A stretch of DNA of 64,000 bases from Thermodesulfovibrionales bacterium (GTDB taxonomy: Bacteria > Nitrospirota > Thermodesulfovibrionia > Thermodesulfovibrionales > SM23-35): contig JASEEX010000003.1 of NCBI GenBank assembly GCA_030019415.1, forward strand, positions 6,583 to 70,582, written 5' to 3'. Positions within the stretch are counted from its first letter, which is position 1, and every line of letters starts with the position of its first letter. The translations under genes and the position numbers were made by a program. Positions 36,773 through 45,764 of this stretch are shown in pieces. The notes below the pieces were generated by a model, which did not search any database, had not been told where the DNA came from, and saw only the letters and a list, made by a program, of their open reading frames with translations.

Positions 36773-38257
36773 ATGTTTTCAAGAGGGAAAGGATTATACA
36801 GGATTCTGATCTTCATTACAGTTTGGCTCATATTAGGGTTCACCCCGTTAGATAGTAAAAATCTAACGGGGCTTATCTCATCAAACTTCTACTCATGCGC
36901 CTATGCAGACCCAGAGATTTCCCAGCAGTCTATTGATATACTCACCAGGACCGGGCAGGCCATAGCAGAGATTGTAGAAACCGTAAAACCAGCTATAGTC
37001 AATATATCTTCCACAAGGATTATAAAGGTCCCCAGTAGACCGCCATTCTTTGATGACCCATTCCTCCGGAGATTCTTTGGCGATGAATTTGGATTCGGAT
37101 TACCAAAGGAACGGAAAGCAATAAGCCTCGGCTCTGGTGTGATTGTTGATCCGAAGGGCTATATCCTTACGAGTTATCATGTCATTCAGGGCGCCGAGGA
37201 GATAAAGGTAACACTCTTAGACAAGAGGGAGTTTAAAGGAACGGTCGTAGGTACGGATGCAATGACGGATATAGCAGTTATAAAAATAGAGGCTGGTCGC
37301 CTCCAGACAATCAAATGGGGCGACTCCGGCAGACTAAGGGTTGGTGAGACGGTCCTCGCTATCGGAAGTCCATATGGATTAACCGGGACAGTAACAATGG
37401 GTATAGTAAGTGCCGTTGGAAGGGCTAACGTTGGAATTGCTGAATATGAAGATTTTATCCAGACAGATGCAGCGATAAATCCCGGGAATTCCGGAGGGGC
37501 ATTAGTGAATGTGAGAGGAGAGCTCGTAGGCATTAACTCTGCTATCTACACCATAACCGGCGGTTATCAGGGTATCGGTTTCGCCATACCGAGTAATATG
37601 GCGAAGGCCGTAATGGAAAGCCTTATAAAGAAAGGAAAAGTCATAAGGGGATGGCTGGGGGTAACAATTCAGAGTTTAACGCCAGAACTCGCTAAACAGT
37701 TCAATCTAAAGGAAGAAAGAGGCGTTCTTGTTGCGGACGTCATCGAAGAAAGCCCTGCTGAAAAGGCTGGTATTATGAGAGGTGATGTAATCATAGAGTA
37801 TAAAGGCAAAAAGTTTGATGAGCCTTACCAGTTAAGAAATATGGTTGCCAACACTGCGCCAGGTGAAGAAGTAGAGCTGGAAATTATTAGAGAAAACAGA
37901 ACAGAAATGAAAAGGGTTACTATAGGCGAATTACCAGCCGAGATGCAAAGACCTTTAAAGGGTAAATATAACAACCTCTTGAGAGGCATTACTGTGCAAA
38001 ACCTCACACCAGAAATCTACGAGAGGCTTAATCTTCCGGAAAGATTAAAGGGTGTTGTTATTTCAGATATTGATGAAGACAGCCCTGCTGCTATGGTGCT
38101 TATGAGAGGAGATGTGATACAGGAAATAAACAGGCAAAAGATAACGAGCGTAGCTGATTATGAGAATGTCGTATCTAAGATAAAACAAGAAGAAGATATA
38201 CTGCTCCTCGTATTCAGGGGTGGCTCTTCCTTTTATATCACGCTTTCGGGGAAATAG
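36773..38257 (+). CDS. htrA: Periplasmic serine endoprotease DegP/HtrA with two PDZ domains
   Basis: Catalytic triad context (TSYHV, DIAVIK, GNSGGAL) and two PDZ-like regions. Confidence 0.9.
   Translation: MFSRGKGLYRILIFITVWLILGFTPLDSKNLTGLISSNFYSCAYADPEISQQSIDILTRTGQAIAEIVETVKPAIVNISSTRIIKVPSRPPFFDDPFLRRFFGDEFGFGLPKERKAISLGSGVIVDPKGYILTSYHVIQGAEEIKVTLLDKREFKGTVVGTDAMTDIAVIKIEAGRLQTIKWGDSGRLRVGETVLAIGSPYGLTGTVTMGIVSAVGRANVGIAEYEDFIQTDAAINPGNSGGALVNVRGELVGINSAIYTITGGYQGIGFAIPSNMAKAVMESLIKKGKVIRGWLGVTIQSLTPELAKQFNLKEERGVLVADVIEESPAEKAGIMRGDVIIEYKGKKFDEPYQLRNMVANTAPGEEVELEIIRENRTEMKRVTIGELPAEMQRPLKGKYNNLLRGITVQNLTPEIYERLNLPERLKGVVISDIDEDSPAAMVLMRGDVIQEINRQKITSVADYENVVSKIKQEEDILLLVFRGGSSFYITLSGK
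36843..36871. repeat. CCCCGTTAGA-N9-TCTAACGGGG hairpin lying in frame in the htrA signal-peptide region
   Basis: 10-bp perfect arms encoding TPLDSKNLTG. Same family as 7844-7885 and 18647-18673. Confidence 0.75.
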
Positions 38258-39422
38258 ATATTCTTTTCATAATCTCTACGAGGGGGATTTTGAGTCTCTT
38301 TGCAATCCTTTTGCAATCCTCATATTCAGGGATCGCCTTCAGGATCTCATCTCCGAGCCTTGAAAACTTTACCCTCACCTTCCCAAATTCTGTATCTACC
38401 AGTTTTATCTCACGCTGAAGGACCGCCCTTTTAACCTCATAAATCCTGAGCCCTATGGTTGTTGTTTCTTTCATTATAATCCTTATAAGCCTTTCTCTAT
38501 CAGCTTCTTTACAGAGTACCGTCAGCTTTATACCGGGCCTTCCTTTCTTCATCAAAACCTGTGTGAGAAAGACATCGAGGGCACCTGTCTTAAAGAGCTT
38601 TTCCATCACATATTCATATACTTGAGGATTCATATCATCAATATTGGTCTCGATGACTGTTGCCTTTTCACCATCCTGAAGGCCTTTTGACAATTGGTCA
38701 CCCACAAAAAGCCTTAATACATTAGGCCTGTCCTTAAAATCCTTGCTTCCAGCTCCAGAGCCGACCTCTTGTATAGTCATAGAGGGAATACTCACAAACC
38801 CTGATGAGAGTTCTTTAAGTAGTGCTGCACCTGTCGGCGTGGTCAGTTCAAATGAGATATCTGTTGAATATATAGGGGCTCCTCTTAAAATTTCTGCTGT
38901 AGCAGGCGCAGGAACAGGTAAAATACCATGCTCTGTCTTAACAGAACCACTTCCAAGATTTACAGGGGATGAATAAACCTTTTCTGCTCCAAGCATATCA
39001 AGGCCTATGATCGTCCCAAATATATCAATAAGGCAATCAATATCTCCCAATTCATGGAGATGAACATTATCAAAGGCCTCACCATGAACCCTTGCCTCAG
39101 CCTCGAAAATTCTTTTAAATATATGAAGTCCTTTCTGTTTTATCTCCTGAGAGAGTGAAGAATTTCGAATTATCTTCTCTATGTTTTTCCATCTTCTAAC
39201 TTCTAACTTCTGACTTCTAACTGTTGACTGTTTTATAACATTCACTTTGGTTGCACTAAACCCAGCCCTCTTTACTTTTTTAGCACGTATCCCATATCCC
39301 CCAATAGGGATTTTTTTCAGTTCCTTTTTCAGTTTTTGAAGAGAAACACCAGCGTCCACAATAGCACCGAGGCACATATCGCCACTTATACCTGAAAAAC
39401 AATCAAAATAGGCTATCTTCAT
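38238..39422 (-). CDS. larC: Nickel-pincer cofactor biosynthesis protein LarC (DUF111)
   Basis: MKIAYFDCFSGISGDMCLGA. AAAGGAGG lies upstream of the ATG at 39422. The 3' end overlaps htrA convergently by 20 nt. Confidence 0.85.
   Translation of the reverse strand: MKIAYFDCFSGISGDMCLGAIVDAGVSLQKLKKELKKIPIGGYGIRAKKVKRAGFSATKVNVIKQSTVRSQKLEVRRWKNIEKIIRNSSLSQEIKQKGLHIFKRIFEAEARVHGEAFDNVHLHELGDIDCLIDIFGTIIGLDMLGAEKVYSSPVNLGSGSVKTEHGILPVPAPATAEILRGAPIYSTDISFELTTPTGAALLKELSSGFVSIPSMTIQEVGSGAGSKDFKDRPNVLRLFVGDQLSKGLQDGEKATVIETNIDDMNPQVYEYVMEKLFKTGALDVFLTQVLMKKGRPGIKLTVLCKEADRERLIRIIMKETTTIGLRIYEVKRAVLQREIKLVDTEFGKVRVKFSRLGDEILKAIPEYEDCKRIAKRLKIPLVEIMKRISISPKA
39193..39234. repeat. In-frame heptamer array inside larC (42 nt = 6 x 7 = 14 codons)
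   Basis: CTTCTAA CTTCTAA CTTCTGA CTTCTAA CTGTTGA CTGTTTT. It encodes KQSTVRSQKLEVRR on the minus strand. Confidence 0.8.
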
Positions 39423-39475
39423 AACCCCTCCTTTGACCATTTGACTTATTTTTTTCTTTTAAGTTATTTTTTTCT

Positions 39476-39745
39476 ATGGATTTTTACACCAAGTTTTATG
39501 CTATTCTGGCCTTGTTCGCTTTTACCCTGCTCATTAACCTGCCATTCGGCTATGCCAGGGCAAAGACAAAAAGATATTCTCTACGCTGGTTCCTGTACAT
39601 ACATATCCCGATACCTCTTGTGTTCATTGCAAGAACTATTTCCCATATTGACATAAAATATATACCAATCTTTGTATTTGCTACAATTATTGGCCAGCTT
39701 TGTGGCGGTAAACCCCGAAGCCCTCTCACGTTGATGAAACAATAA
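39476..39745 (+). CDS. Small membrane protein of unknown function
   Basis: 89 aa with three hydrophobic segments. No family recognised. Confidence 0.45.
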   Translation: MDFYTKFYAILALFAFTLLINLPFGYARAKTKRYSLRWFLYIHIPIPLVFIARTISHIDIKYIPIFVFATIIGQLCGGKPRSPLTLMKQ

Positions 39746-39749
39746 TTTT

Positions 39750-41885
39750 TTAATGCTGGGAGGAAGGCAAGGCAGGCAATTTTTCAACTTCAGCAACAAA
39801 AGCCTCCACTAATTCAGGGTCAAATTGTTTTCCCGCCTCCCTTTTTAGCTCTAATATAGCCTCTTGATAGGACATTGCAGGACGGTAAGGGCGGGCCGAA
39901 GTCATTGCTGTGAAGGCATCGGCAATTGCCAGTATACGGGCCTCAAATGGTATTTCTTTACCTTTAAGACCTGAGGGATAACCGGTACCATCCCACCTCT
40001 CGTGATGGTAAAGTATAGCAAGCTTGCAGTGTAAAAGGGGAGGGAGATGACCGATTATCTCAGCACCCACTTCAGGATGTTTCTTCATCTCCTTCCACTC
40101 TCTTTTATTTAACTTACCTTTTTTGTTAAGCACTCTATCACTTACTCCGATCTTACCAATATCATGAAGCAAAGCAGCCCTGCTAAGGTAAACCAATTCC
40201 TCCTTAGATAAACCAAAGGCCTCACCTACCATTAGGGCATACTTATTTACCTCTTGTGAATGACCATATGTGTAAATGTCTCGTGCTTCTAAGGCTGTAG
40301 CAAGGCTACAAATAATGTTCACAATAGTCTTTTCAGCTTCAACCTCGGCCCTTGTCCGTGGCAGCCTTGATGCCAACATTGTAGATAATATGCATCGATT
40401 TCCGCCTAGCCGTTTTGCCTCGAAGGCAGCGGCATCAGCAGCCTCCAGTATCTCTTTAACACTAACTCCATTCATTGGCCATGAGACCAGACCAAAACTA
40501 GCAGTAAGTGAAATTTTTCTTTTTTTCATCTCTTCTTCAACATTCTTTCGCACCCGCTCAATCACGGAAAGGGCATTATCAAGATCAGTATCTGGAAGTA
40601 AAATGACAAACTCATCTCCCCCGTATCTAGAGGCCAGATCTTCTGTCCTGACCGAATTTTTTATTAATCTCCCGATTTTTCTCAAAAGCTTATCGCCAGC
40701 AATATGCCCGTACCTGTCATTATAATTTTTAAAGAAGTCCAAATCGCAGATAGCCAATGAAAAAATTCCACTGTGGCGCCGCCGCCGATTTATCTCCTCA
40801 TTGAGCCGCTCATTGAAGTAGCGCCGGTTAAACAGTCCTGTTAGAAAATCAAGGCGGGACTCTTCTTTGATTTGTTTATAAAGATATGAATTCATAATGG
40901 CTCCAGCTATCTGCCCGGCCAAATGTTCCAATACCTCCTTTTCCCACTCTCCATATGCCTTAGGCCGGGTGCTTGAAAGATTTATGGTTCCAAAAACCTT
41001 TCCCTTATGAAATAAGGGAATATGAATAGATGACCTTAACCCATCTCTAAGCTTGAGCTCATCAATGGGGGACATTATTTGTTGAGCGAGATCCTCCTGT
41101 ATCAGGGTCTTTTTATGTTTTGCCACCCAGCCTGTATTTGAATCCTTCAGTGGATAAGTGGTACCAGGAATTTGCTCTGTCTTTATTCTCTGCGAGACAG
41201 CAAAATATCTTATATTATCGCCCTCTATTAAAGCGATGGATATGCGGTCAAACTCAACCAACTTTCTCAATTCCTCACTAAAAATGTGATATACATTATC
41301 AAGACTGGCATCTGATAAGATGACCTTCGTTAGGTCGCTAATTGTTTTCAGAAGCTCCTGTTGTTTTTTGATTTCGTAAAGGAGAGTTGCATTCTTAATA
41401 GGCATGGCTATTTGATTGGTGGCATGAGAAAGTAAGGTCAATTCCCTATCTCCATAAGCATTCGGCCGGGTACTGGCAATGACCAGTGCTCCAAAAATCT
41501 TGTCTTCGGCCAAAAGTGGTGCATAGACAATAGACCTTATTCCTTGTTTCAAATGATACTCACCAGTCCAGGATATCCTCTCCTTGGATAGGTCCGGTTC
41601 ATAGAGGATCTGCTTTGTAGTTGCTATGTATTCTGTGGCTGTACCTTTTAGGGGAATAACATCACCGATTTTCCAGAATGATTTAATCCTGGATGAGAGG
41701 GATTGAAAATGAAGATCTTTTCCTTTAATAGTTACAATACTTGCCCACTCAACTGGCATCCTTTTGGATAGCTCAGCTGCAAAGGCCTTACACATCTGGC
41801 TGACGTCCGGACTTGAGAGAACAATTTTAGTTATCTTATTAACAAATTCGAGTTCTTCTATACTCTGCTGGGACAATTCATCCAT
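39750..41885 (-). CDS. GAF-GAF-GGDEF-HD-GYP c-di-GMP signalling protein
   Basis: Two GAF-like regions, RYGGDEF with an upstream RxxD-like site, and HD…HDIGK…HHERWDGTGYP. Confidence 0.9.
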   Translation of the reverse strand: MDELSQQSIEELEFVNKITKIVLSSPDVSQMCKAFAAELSKRMPVEWASIVTIKGKDLHFQSLSSRIKSFWKIGDVIPLKGTATEYIATTKQILYEPDLSKERISWTGEYHLKQGIRSIVYAPLLAEDKIFGALVIASTRPNAYGDRELTLLSHATNQIAMPIKNATLLYEIKKQQELLKTISDLTKVILSDASLDNVYHIFSEELRKLVEFDRISIALIEGDNIRYFAVSQRIKTEQIPGTTYPLKDSNTGWVAKHKKTLIQEDLAQQIMSPIDELKLRDGLRSSIHIPLFHKGKVFGTINLSSTRPKAYGEWEKEVLEHLAGQIAGAIMNSYLYKQIKEESRLDFLTGLFNRRYFNERLNEEINRRRRHSGIFSLAICDLDFFKNYNDRYGHIAGDKLLRKIGRLIKNSVRTEDLASRYGGDEFVILLPDTDLDNALSVIERVRKNVEEEMKKRKISLTASFGLVSWPMNGVSVKEILEAADAAAFEAKRLGGNRCILSTMLASRLPRTRAEVEAEKTIVNIICSLATALEARDIYTYGHSQEVNKYALMVGEAFGLSKEELVYLSRAALLHDIGKIGVSDRVLNKKGKLNKREWKEMKKHPEVGAEIIGHLPPLLHCKLAILYHHERWDGTGYPSGLKGKEIPFEARILAIADAFTAMTSARPYRPAMSYQEAILELKREAGKQFDPELVEAFVAEVEKLPALPSSQH

Positions 41886-42020
41886 CCGCCTTTAGACCCC
41901 GCACCGCACATGGTGCGGGGAGACCCCGCAAGGCTAAGTAAGTTTTTAATCCCATCAAAAGTTTATCAAATGAATCGGAAAAAGTCACCATAAATTCGTA
42001 ATTAAAAAATGTGTAATTTC

Positions 42021-42049
42021 TTGACATATTTTTCTAATGATTTTACAAT
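42021..42049 (+). promoter_or_regulatory. Sigma-70-type promoter TTGACA-17-TACAAT placed for a leaderless yceD transcript
   Basis: The -10 ends at 42049 and the yceD ATG is at 42056 (6-nt gap). There is no room for a Shine-Dalgarno sequence. Confidence 0.6.
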
Positions 42050-42055
42050 TTTTAA

Positions 42056-42550
42056 ATGAAGGTATTAATTTCAGAGATACCCGAAGAGGGATTAGATTTA
42101 GAACTCCAGGATATGATCAAATCTGATGCCTCCCTTTCACCTATCCGGGCACAGTTAAGGATAAAAAAGGTAGGCACTGAAGTTGCGGTAAGTGGTAAAA
42201 TTCTGGCTGATGTAGAACTACAGTGTAGTAGATGCCTGAAAGATTTTAGGAGTATGCTAACTATTCCGGTTGATGTTTTATATCGTCCTATCGAGAATCT
42301 CAGAGGGGAAGACAAGCACGAGCTTAAGGTCGATGAACTTGATATGAGTTTTTATTCTGGAGATGAGTTGGATCTGCTCGACCTCATAAAGGAGCAGATA
42401 ATGCTCAATCTTTCCATGAAACCTCTCTGCAGTGATCTATGTAAAGGGATATGTCTGCGGTGCGGGGCAGACCTTAATGTAGGCAAATGTGGTTGCAGTG
42501 CAAAAGAAATAGATACAAGACTTGAAGCACTAAAAAGGATAAAATTCTAA
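42056..42550 (+). CDS. yceD: YceD/DUF177 family protein
   Basis: CSRCLKDF…C…CKGICLRCGADLNVGKCGC, and the conserved position upstream of rpmF-plsX-fabH. Confidence 0.85.
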   Translation: MKVLISEIPEEGLDLELQDMIKSDASLSPIRAQLRIKKVGTEVAVSGKILADVELQCSRCLKDFRSMLTIPVDVLYRPIENLRGEDKHELKVDELDMSFYSGDELDLLDLIKEQIMLNLSMKPLCSDLCKGICLRCGADLNVGKCGCSAKEIDTRLEALKRIKF

Positions 42551-42552
42551 AT

Positions 42553-42660
42553 ACGAAGCACGAAATTCGAAACAAGCACAAATGATCAAAATTCAAAACA
42601 GATTTGAACATTAGGATCTTGAATTTGTTTCGGATTTTGGATTTAGAATTTAGAAATTTA
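42553..42660. repeat. ~110-nt fold-back repeat, copy A (AAATTCGAAACA…CAAAATTCAAAACAG-TTTGAACATT…GAATTTGTTTCGG)
   Basis: ~85% identical over ~80 nt to 57508-57585. Internal inverted symmetry. Fills the yceD-rpmF spacer. Confidence 0.8.
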
Positions 42661-42678
42661 TTGTGAAAGGGGTAAAAA

Positions 42679-42867
42679 GTGGCAAACCCTAAACACAGAC
42701 ATACAAGATCGAGAAGGGACAAACGGAGAGCTCATTGGAAAGGCCAGATTCCTGACCTGAGCCTCTGTCCTGATTGCAATGAACTGAAGCTTTCCTACAG
42801 AGTGTGCCTCAATTGCGGTTCATATAATGGCCGCAGGATTCTCGAAGTAGTTGAAAAAGAAGCATGA
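42679..42867 (+). CDS. rpmF: 50S ribosomal protein L32
   Basis: GTG start. ANPKHRHTRSRRDKRRAHWK and a CPDC…CLNCG zinc ribbon. Confidence 0.95.
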   Translation: MANPKHRHTRSRRDKRRAHWKGQIPDLSLCPDCNELKLSYRVCLNCGSYNGRRILEVVEKEA

Positions 42868-43880
42868 GAATTGCCCTTGATGCGATGGGAGGTGATTATG
42901 CCCCTGCCGTAAATGTTGAGGGCGCTATCGAGACCGTAAATGATCTTGAGGGCATAGATGTTATCCTTGTTGGTGATGAGTCTTCTATAAAAAGAGAGCT
43001 TGATAGCAAAAAATACCTCCCTAACCGAATATCAATAAAGCACGCCTCCCAGGTTGTAGGTATGGATGAATCTCCCTCTGTCGCAATCAGAAAAAAGAAG
43101 GATTCATCTATAAGGAGGGCCATTGAACTTGTGAAGAATGGCGAGGCAGACGCCTTTGTGAGTGCCGGACACTCTGGTGTCGTAATGGCAACGGCGCTAT
43201 TACTCCTCGGTGATTCTATCGGTGTTGATAGACCCGCCATAGCAGCCATTATGCCCACTCTAAAGGCACCATTTGTTCTCATAGATGCAGGTGCAAATCT
43301 TTACTGCAAGCCCGAAAACCTTCTCCAGTTTGCACTGATGGGAAGTGCTTACTGCAGAGTGATTTTCAGAAGGTCAGAACCTAAGGTGGCCCTTCTTAGC
43401 ATTGGAGAAGAGGATACGAAGGGAAATGAACTCACAAAAGAGGCATTCAAACTCCTTAAAAAGGTGGATATAAACTTTACAGGCAATATTGATGGCAAGG
43501 ATATCTTTGCAGGGATTGCTGATGTTATTGTCTGTGACGGGTTTACGGGGAATATTGTACTGAAAACCAGCGAAGGTCTTGCAGATGCGATAGTAAGGAT
43601 ACTCAAGAGGGAGATTGTTGACCAATCAGCAGGAAGGATTGGATACCTTTTGATGAAATCTGCCCTGAAGAGCTTTAAGAAGAAGACAGATTATAGCGAA
43701 TACGGTGGAGCGCCTCTTCTCGGGATAAATGGCACATGTATAATAAGCCATGGAAGGTCAACTACAAAGGCAATAAGGAATGCCCTGAGGGTTGCAGCAG
43801 ATCTCTCAGAAAAAAAGGTACATGAGATTATTGCTTTCGAAATAGAGAAAGGTATGGTGAGCAAGGTTGATAAAAAGTAG
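42864..43880 (+). CDS. plsX: Phosphate acyltransferase PlsX
   Basis: IALDAMGGDYAP, DGFTGNI and GAPLLG. Confidence 0.95.
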   Translation: MRIALDAMGGDYAPAVNVEGAIETVNDLEGIDVILVGDESSIKRELDSKKYLPNRISIKHASQVVGMDESPSVAIRKKKDSSIRRAIELVKNGEADAFVSAGHSGVVMATALLLLGDSIGVDRPAIAAIMPTLKAPFVLIDAGANLYCKPENLLQFALMGSAYCRVIFRRSEPKVALLSIGEEDTKGNELTKEAFKLLKKVDINFTGNIDGKDIFAGIADVIVCDGFTGNIVLKTSEGLADAIVRILKREIVDQSAGRIGYLLMKSALKSFKKKTDYSEYGGAPLLGINGTCIISHGRSTTKAIRNALRVAADLSEKKVHEIIAFEIEKGMVSKVDKK

Positions 43881-44847
43881 AATCATCTCTACAGGTTCTT
43901 ATCTCCCGGAGAGGGTCCTCACAAATTTCGAGCTTGAAAAGATGGTTGATACCTCGGATGAATGGATTACGGAGAGGACGGGAATAACGGAGCGGAGAAT
44001 AGCTACTGAAAATCAGGCGGCATCAGACCTTGCATATGAGGCATCAAAGGTAACCCTTAAGAGGGCTGCCCTGGGAATAGAAGATATTGATCTCATCATT
44101 GTTGCAACAGTAACAGGTGACATGCCTTTCCCATCAACTGGCTGCATTCTTCAGGATAAACTTGGTGCTAAATATGCAACAGCCTTCGATATAAATGCAG
44201 CCTGTTCAGGGTTTCTTTACGGACTCTATATTGCAGACGGTCTTATAAGGTCAGGAATGCACAAAAGGATCCTTATAGTCGGTACAGAGGTTCTTTCGAA
44301 GATTACGGACTGGAAGGATAGAACCACATGTGTCCTCTTTGGTGACGGTGCCGGTGCAGTGATTGTTGAGCCCACTGAAGAAGACAGAGGTATAATTTCA
44401 ATGTATATCAATTCCGATGGAAGCATGTGGGACCTTTTACATATGCCAGGAGGTGGCTCCAGGAACCCTGCATCAAGGGATTCGGTCGATAAAAGGCTCC
44501 ATTATGTTAAGATGAAAGGGAATGAATTATTTAAGGTTGCAGTCAGAACGTTAGAAGACCTTGTTGTTAAAATCCTAAATGAGAATAATCTAAAGCCCTC
44601 ACAGCTTTCACTTCTTATACCTCATCAGGCTAACCTGAGAATAATACAGGCAACTGCCGATAGGCTCGGCATACCAATGAATAAAGTCATCGTAAATCTC
44701 GACAGGTATGGAAACACCTCAGCTGCATCTATCCCCATAGCCCTCGATGAGGCTGCAAGAACTGGAAGGATAAGGGATGGAGATTACATCCTCCTTGAGG
44801 CATTTGGAGGGGGTCTTACATGGGCCTCGGCATTAATAAAGTGGTAG
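43867..44847 (+). CDS. fabH: 3-oxoacyl-ACP synthase III
   Basis: Active-site ACSGF, HQAN and GNTSAAS. TTG start overlapping the plsX end. Confidence 0.95.
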   Translation: MIKSRIISTGSYLPERVLTNFELEKMVDTSDEWITERTGITERRIATENQAASDLAYEASKVTLKRAALGIEDIDLIIVATVTGDMPFPSTGCILQDKLGAKYATAFDINAACSGFLYGLYIADGLIRSGMHKRILIVGTEVLSKITDWKDRTTCVLFGDGAGAVIVEPTEEDRGIISMYINSDGSMWDLLHMPGGGSRNPASRDSVDKRLHYVKMKGNELFKVAVRTLEDLVVKILNENNLKPSQLSLLIPHQANLRIIQATADRLGIPMNKVIVNLDRYGNTSAASIPIALDEAARTGRIRDGDYILLEAFGGGLTWASALIKW

Positions 44848-44850
44848 CTT

Positions 44851-44886
44851 ACCCCACACTTTAATGAAAGTGCGGGGTTTATTTTA
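44851..44886 (+). terminator. Rho-independent terminator after fabH
   Basis: ACCCCACACTTT-AATG-AAAGTGCGGGGT (12 bp, one mismatch) followed by TTATTTTA. Confidence 0.7.
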
Positions 44887-45664
44887 CCTCCTTTTTAAAT
44901 TCCTCGAATTTCTCCATAAATGGCTTAAGCAGGTCTATTGGTATAGGAAATATTATTGTTGAGTTTTTCTCTGTAGCAATCTCTGTGAGGGTCTGGAGGA
45001 ATCTGAGCTGTAATGCAGACGGTGCTGATGCAATTATAGCTGCTGCATCTGTTAGTTTCTGTGCAGCCTGAAACTCTCCCTCAGCATGTATAACCTTTGC
45101 CCTTCTTTCACGTTCAGCCTCTGCCTGTTTTGCTATTGCCCTCTGCATCTCTTCAGGCAGGTCTACATTCCTTACCTCAACTGCCGTTACCTTTACCCCC
45201 CATGGTTCTGTCTGGAAATCGATTACCTTCTGAAGTTCTGCATTCACCTCTTCCCTCCTCATAAGGAGGTCATCGAGCTGGCTCTGGCCGAGGATGCTTC
45301 TGAGAGTTGTCTGTGCTATCATCGATGTTGCATACAAAAAATCCTCAACCTCTGTGATGGCCTTTACAGGGTCAATCACCCTGAAATAAATAACAGCATT
45401 CACCTTAACAGAAATATTGTCCTTTGTTATCACATCCTGAGATGGAACATCCATTGCAACTATACGGAGGCTAACCCTGAGGAGCCTATCAATTATAGGC
45501 CAGATGATGACGAGACCAGGACCCTTCACTGGTATGACCCTTCCAAGCCTGAAGACAACCCCCCTTTCGTACTCCCTCAAGATCTTGATCGCACTCGAGA
45601 GAAAATATACGATCAGAAATATTACTACAAGGAAACCGAGAAACGACGGTGCAAAACCCTGCAT
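44879..45664 (-). CDS. SPFH/band-7 (stomatin-like) membrane protein
   Basis: N-terminal TM segment, an SPFH core ([12 protein letters not shown]…) and a C-terminal coiled coil [11 protein letters not shown]. Confidence 0.9.
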   Translation of the reverse strand: MQGFAPSFLGFLVVIFLIVYFLSSAIKILREYERGVVFRLGRVIPVKGPGLVIIWPIIDRLLRVSLRIVAMDVPSQDVITKDNISVKVNAVIYFRVIDPVKAITEVEDFLYATSMIAQTTLRSILGQSQLDDLLMRREEVNAELQKVIDFQTEPWGVKVTAVEVRNVDLPEEMQRAIAKQAEAERERRAKVIHAEGEFQAAQKLTDAAAIIASAPSALQLRFLQTLTEIATEKNSTIIFPIPIDLLKPFMEKFEEFKKEVK

Positions 45665-45736
45665 AGCTACCTCCTCTTAAGAATAGTATACAGTAAACAG
45701 CATATAGTAAACAGTATATAGAGAGAAGCTAACAAC

Positions 45737-45764
45737 CTGACTGCTGACTACTGTCTACTGACTA
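45737..45764. repeat. Heptamer tandem array (CTGACTG CTGACTA CTGTCTA CTGACTA)
   Basis: Four 7-nt units in the spacer between the NfeD and SPFH genes, touching the NfeD stop codon. Confidence 0.8.
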
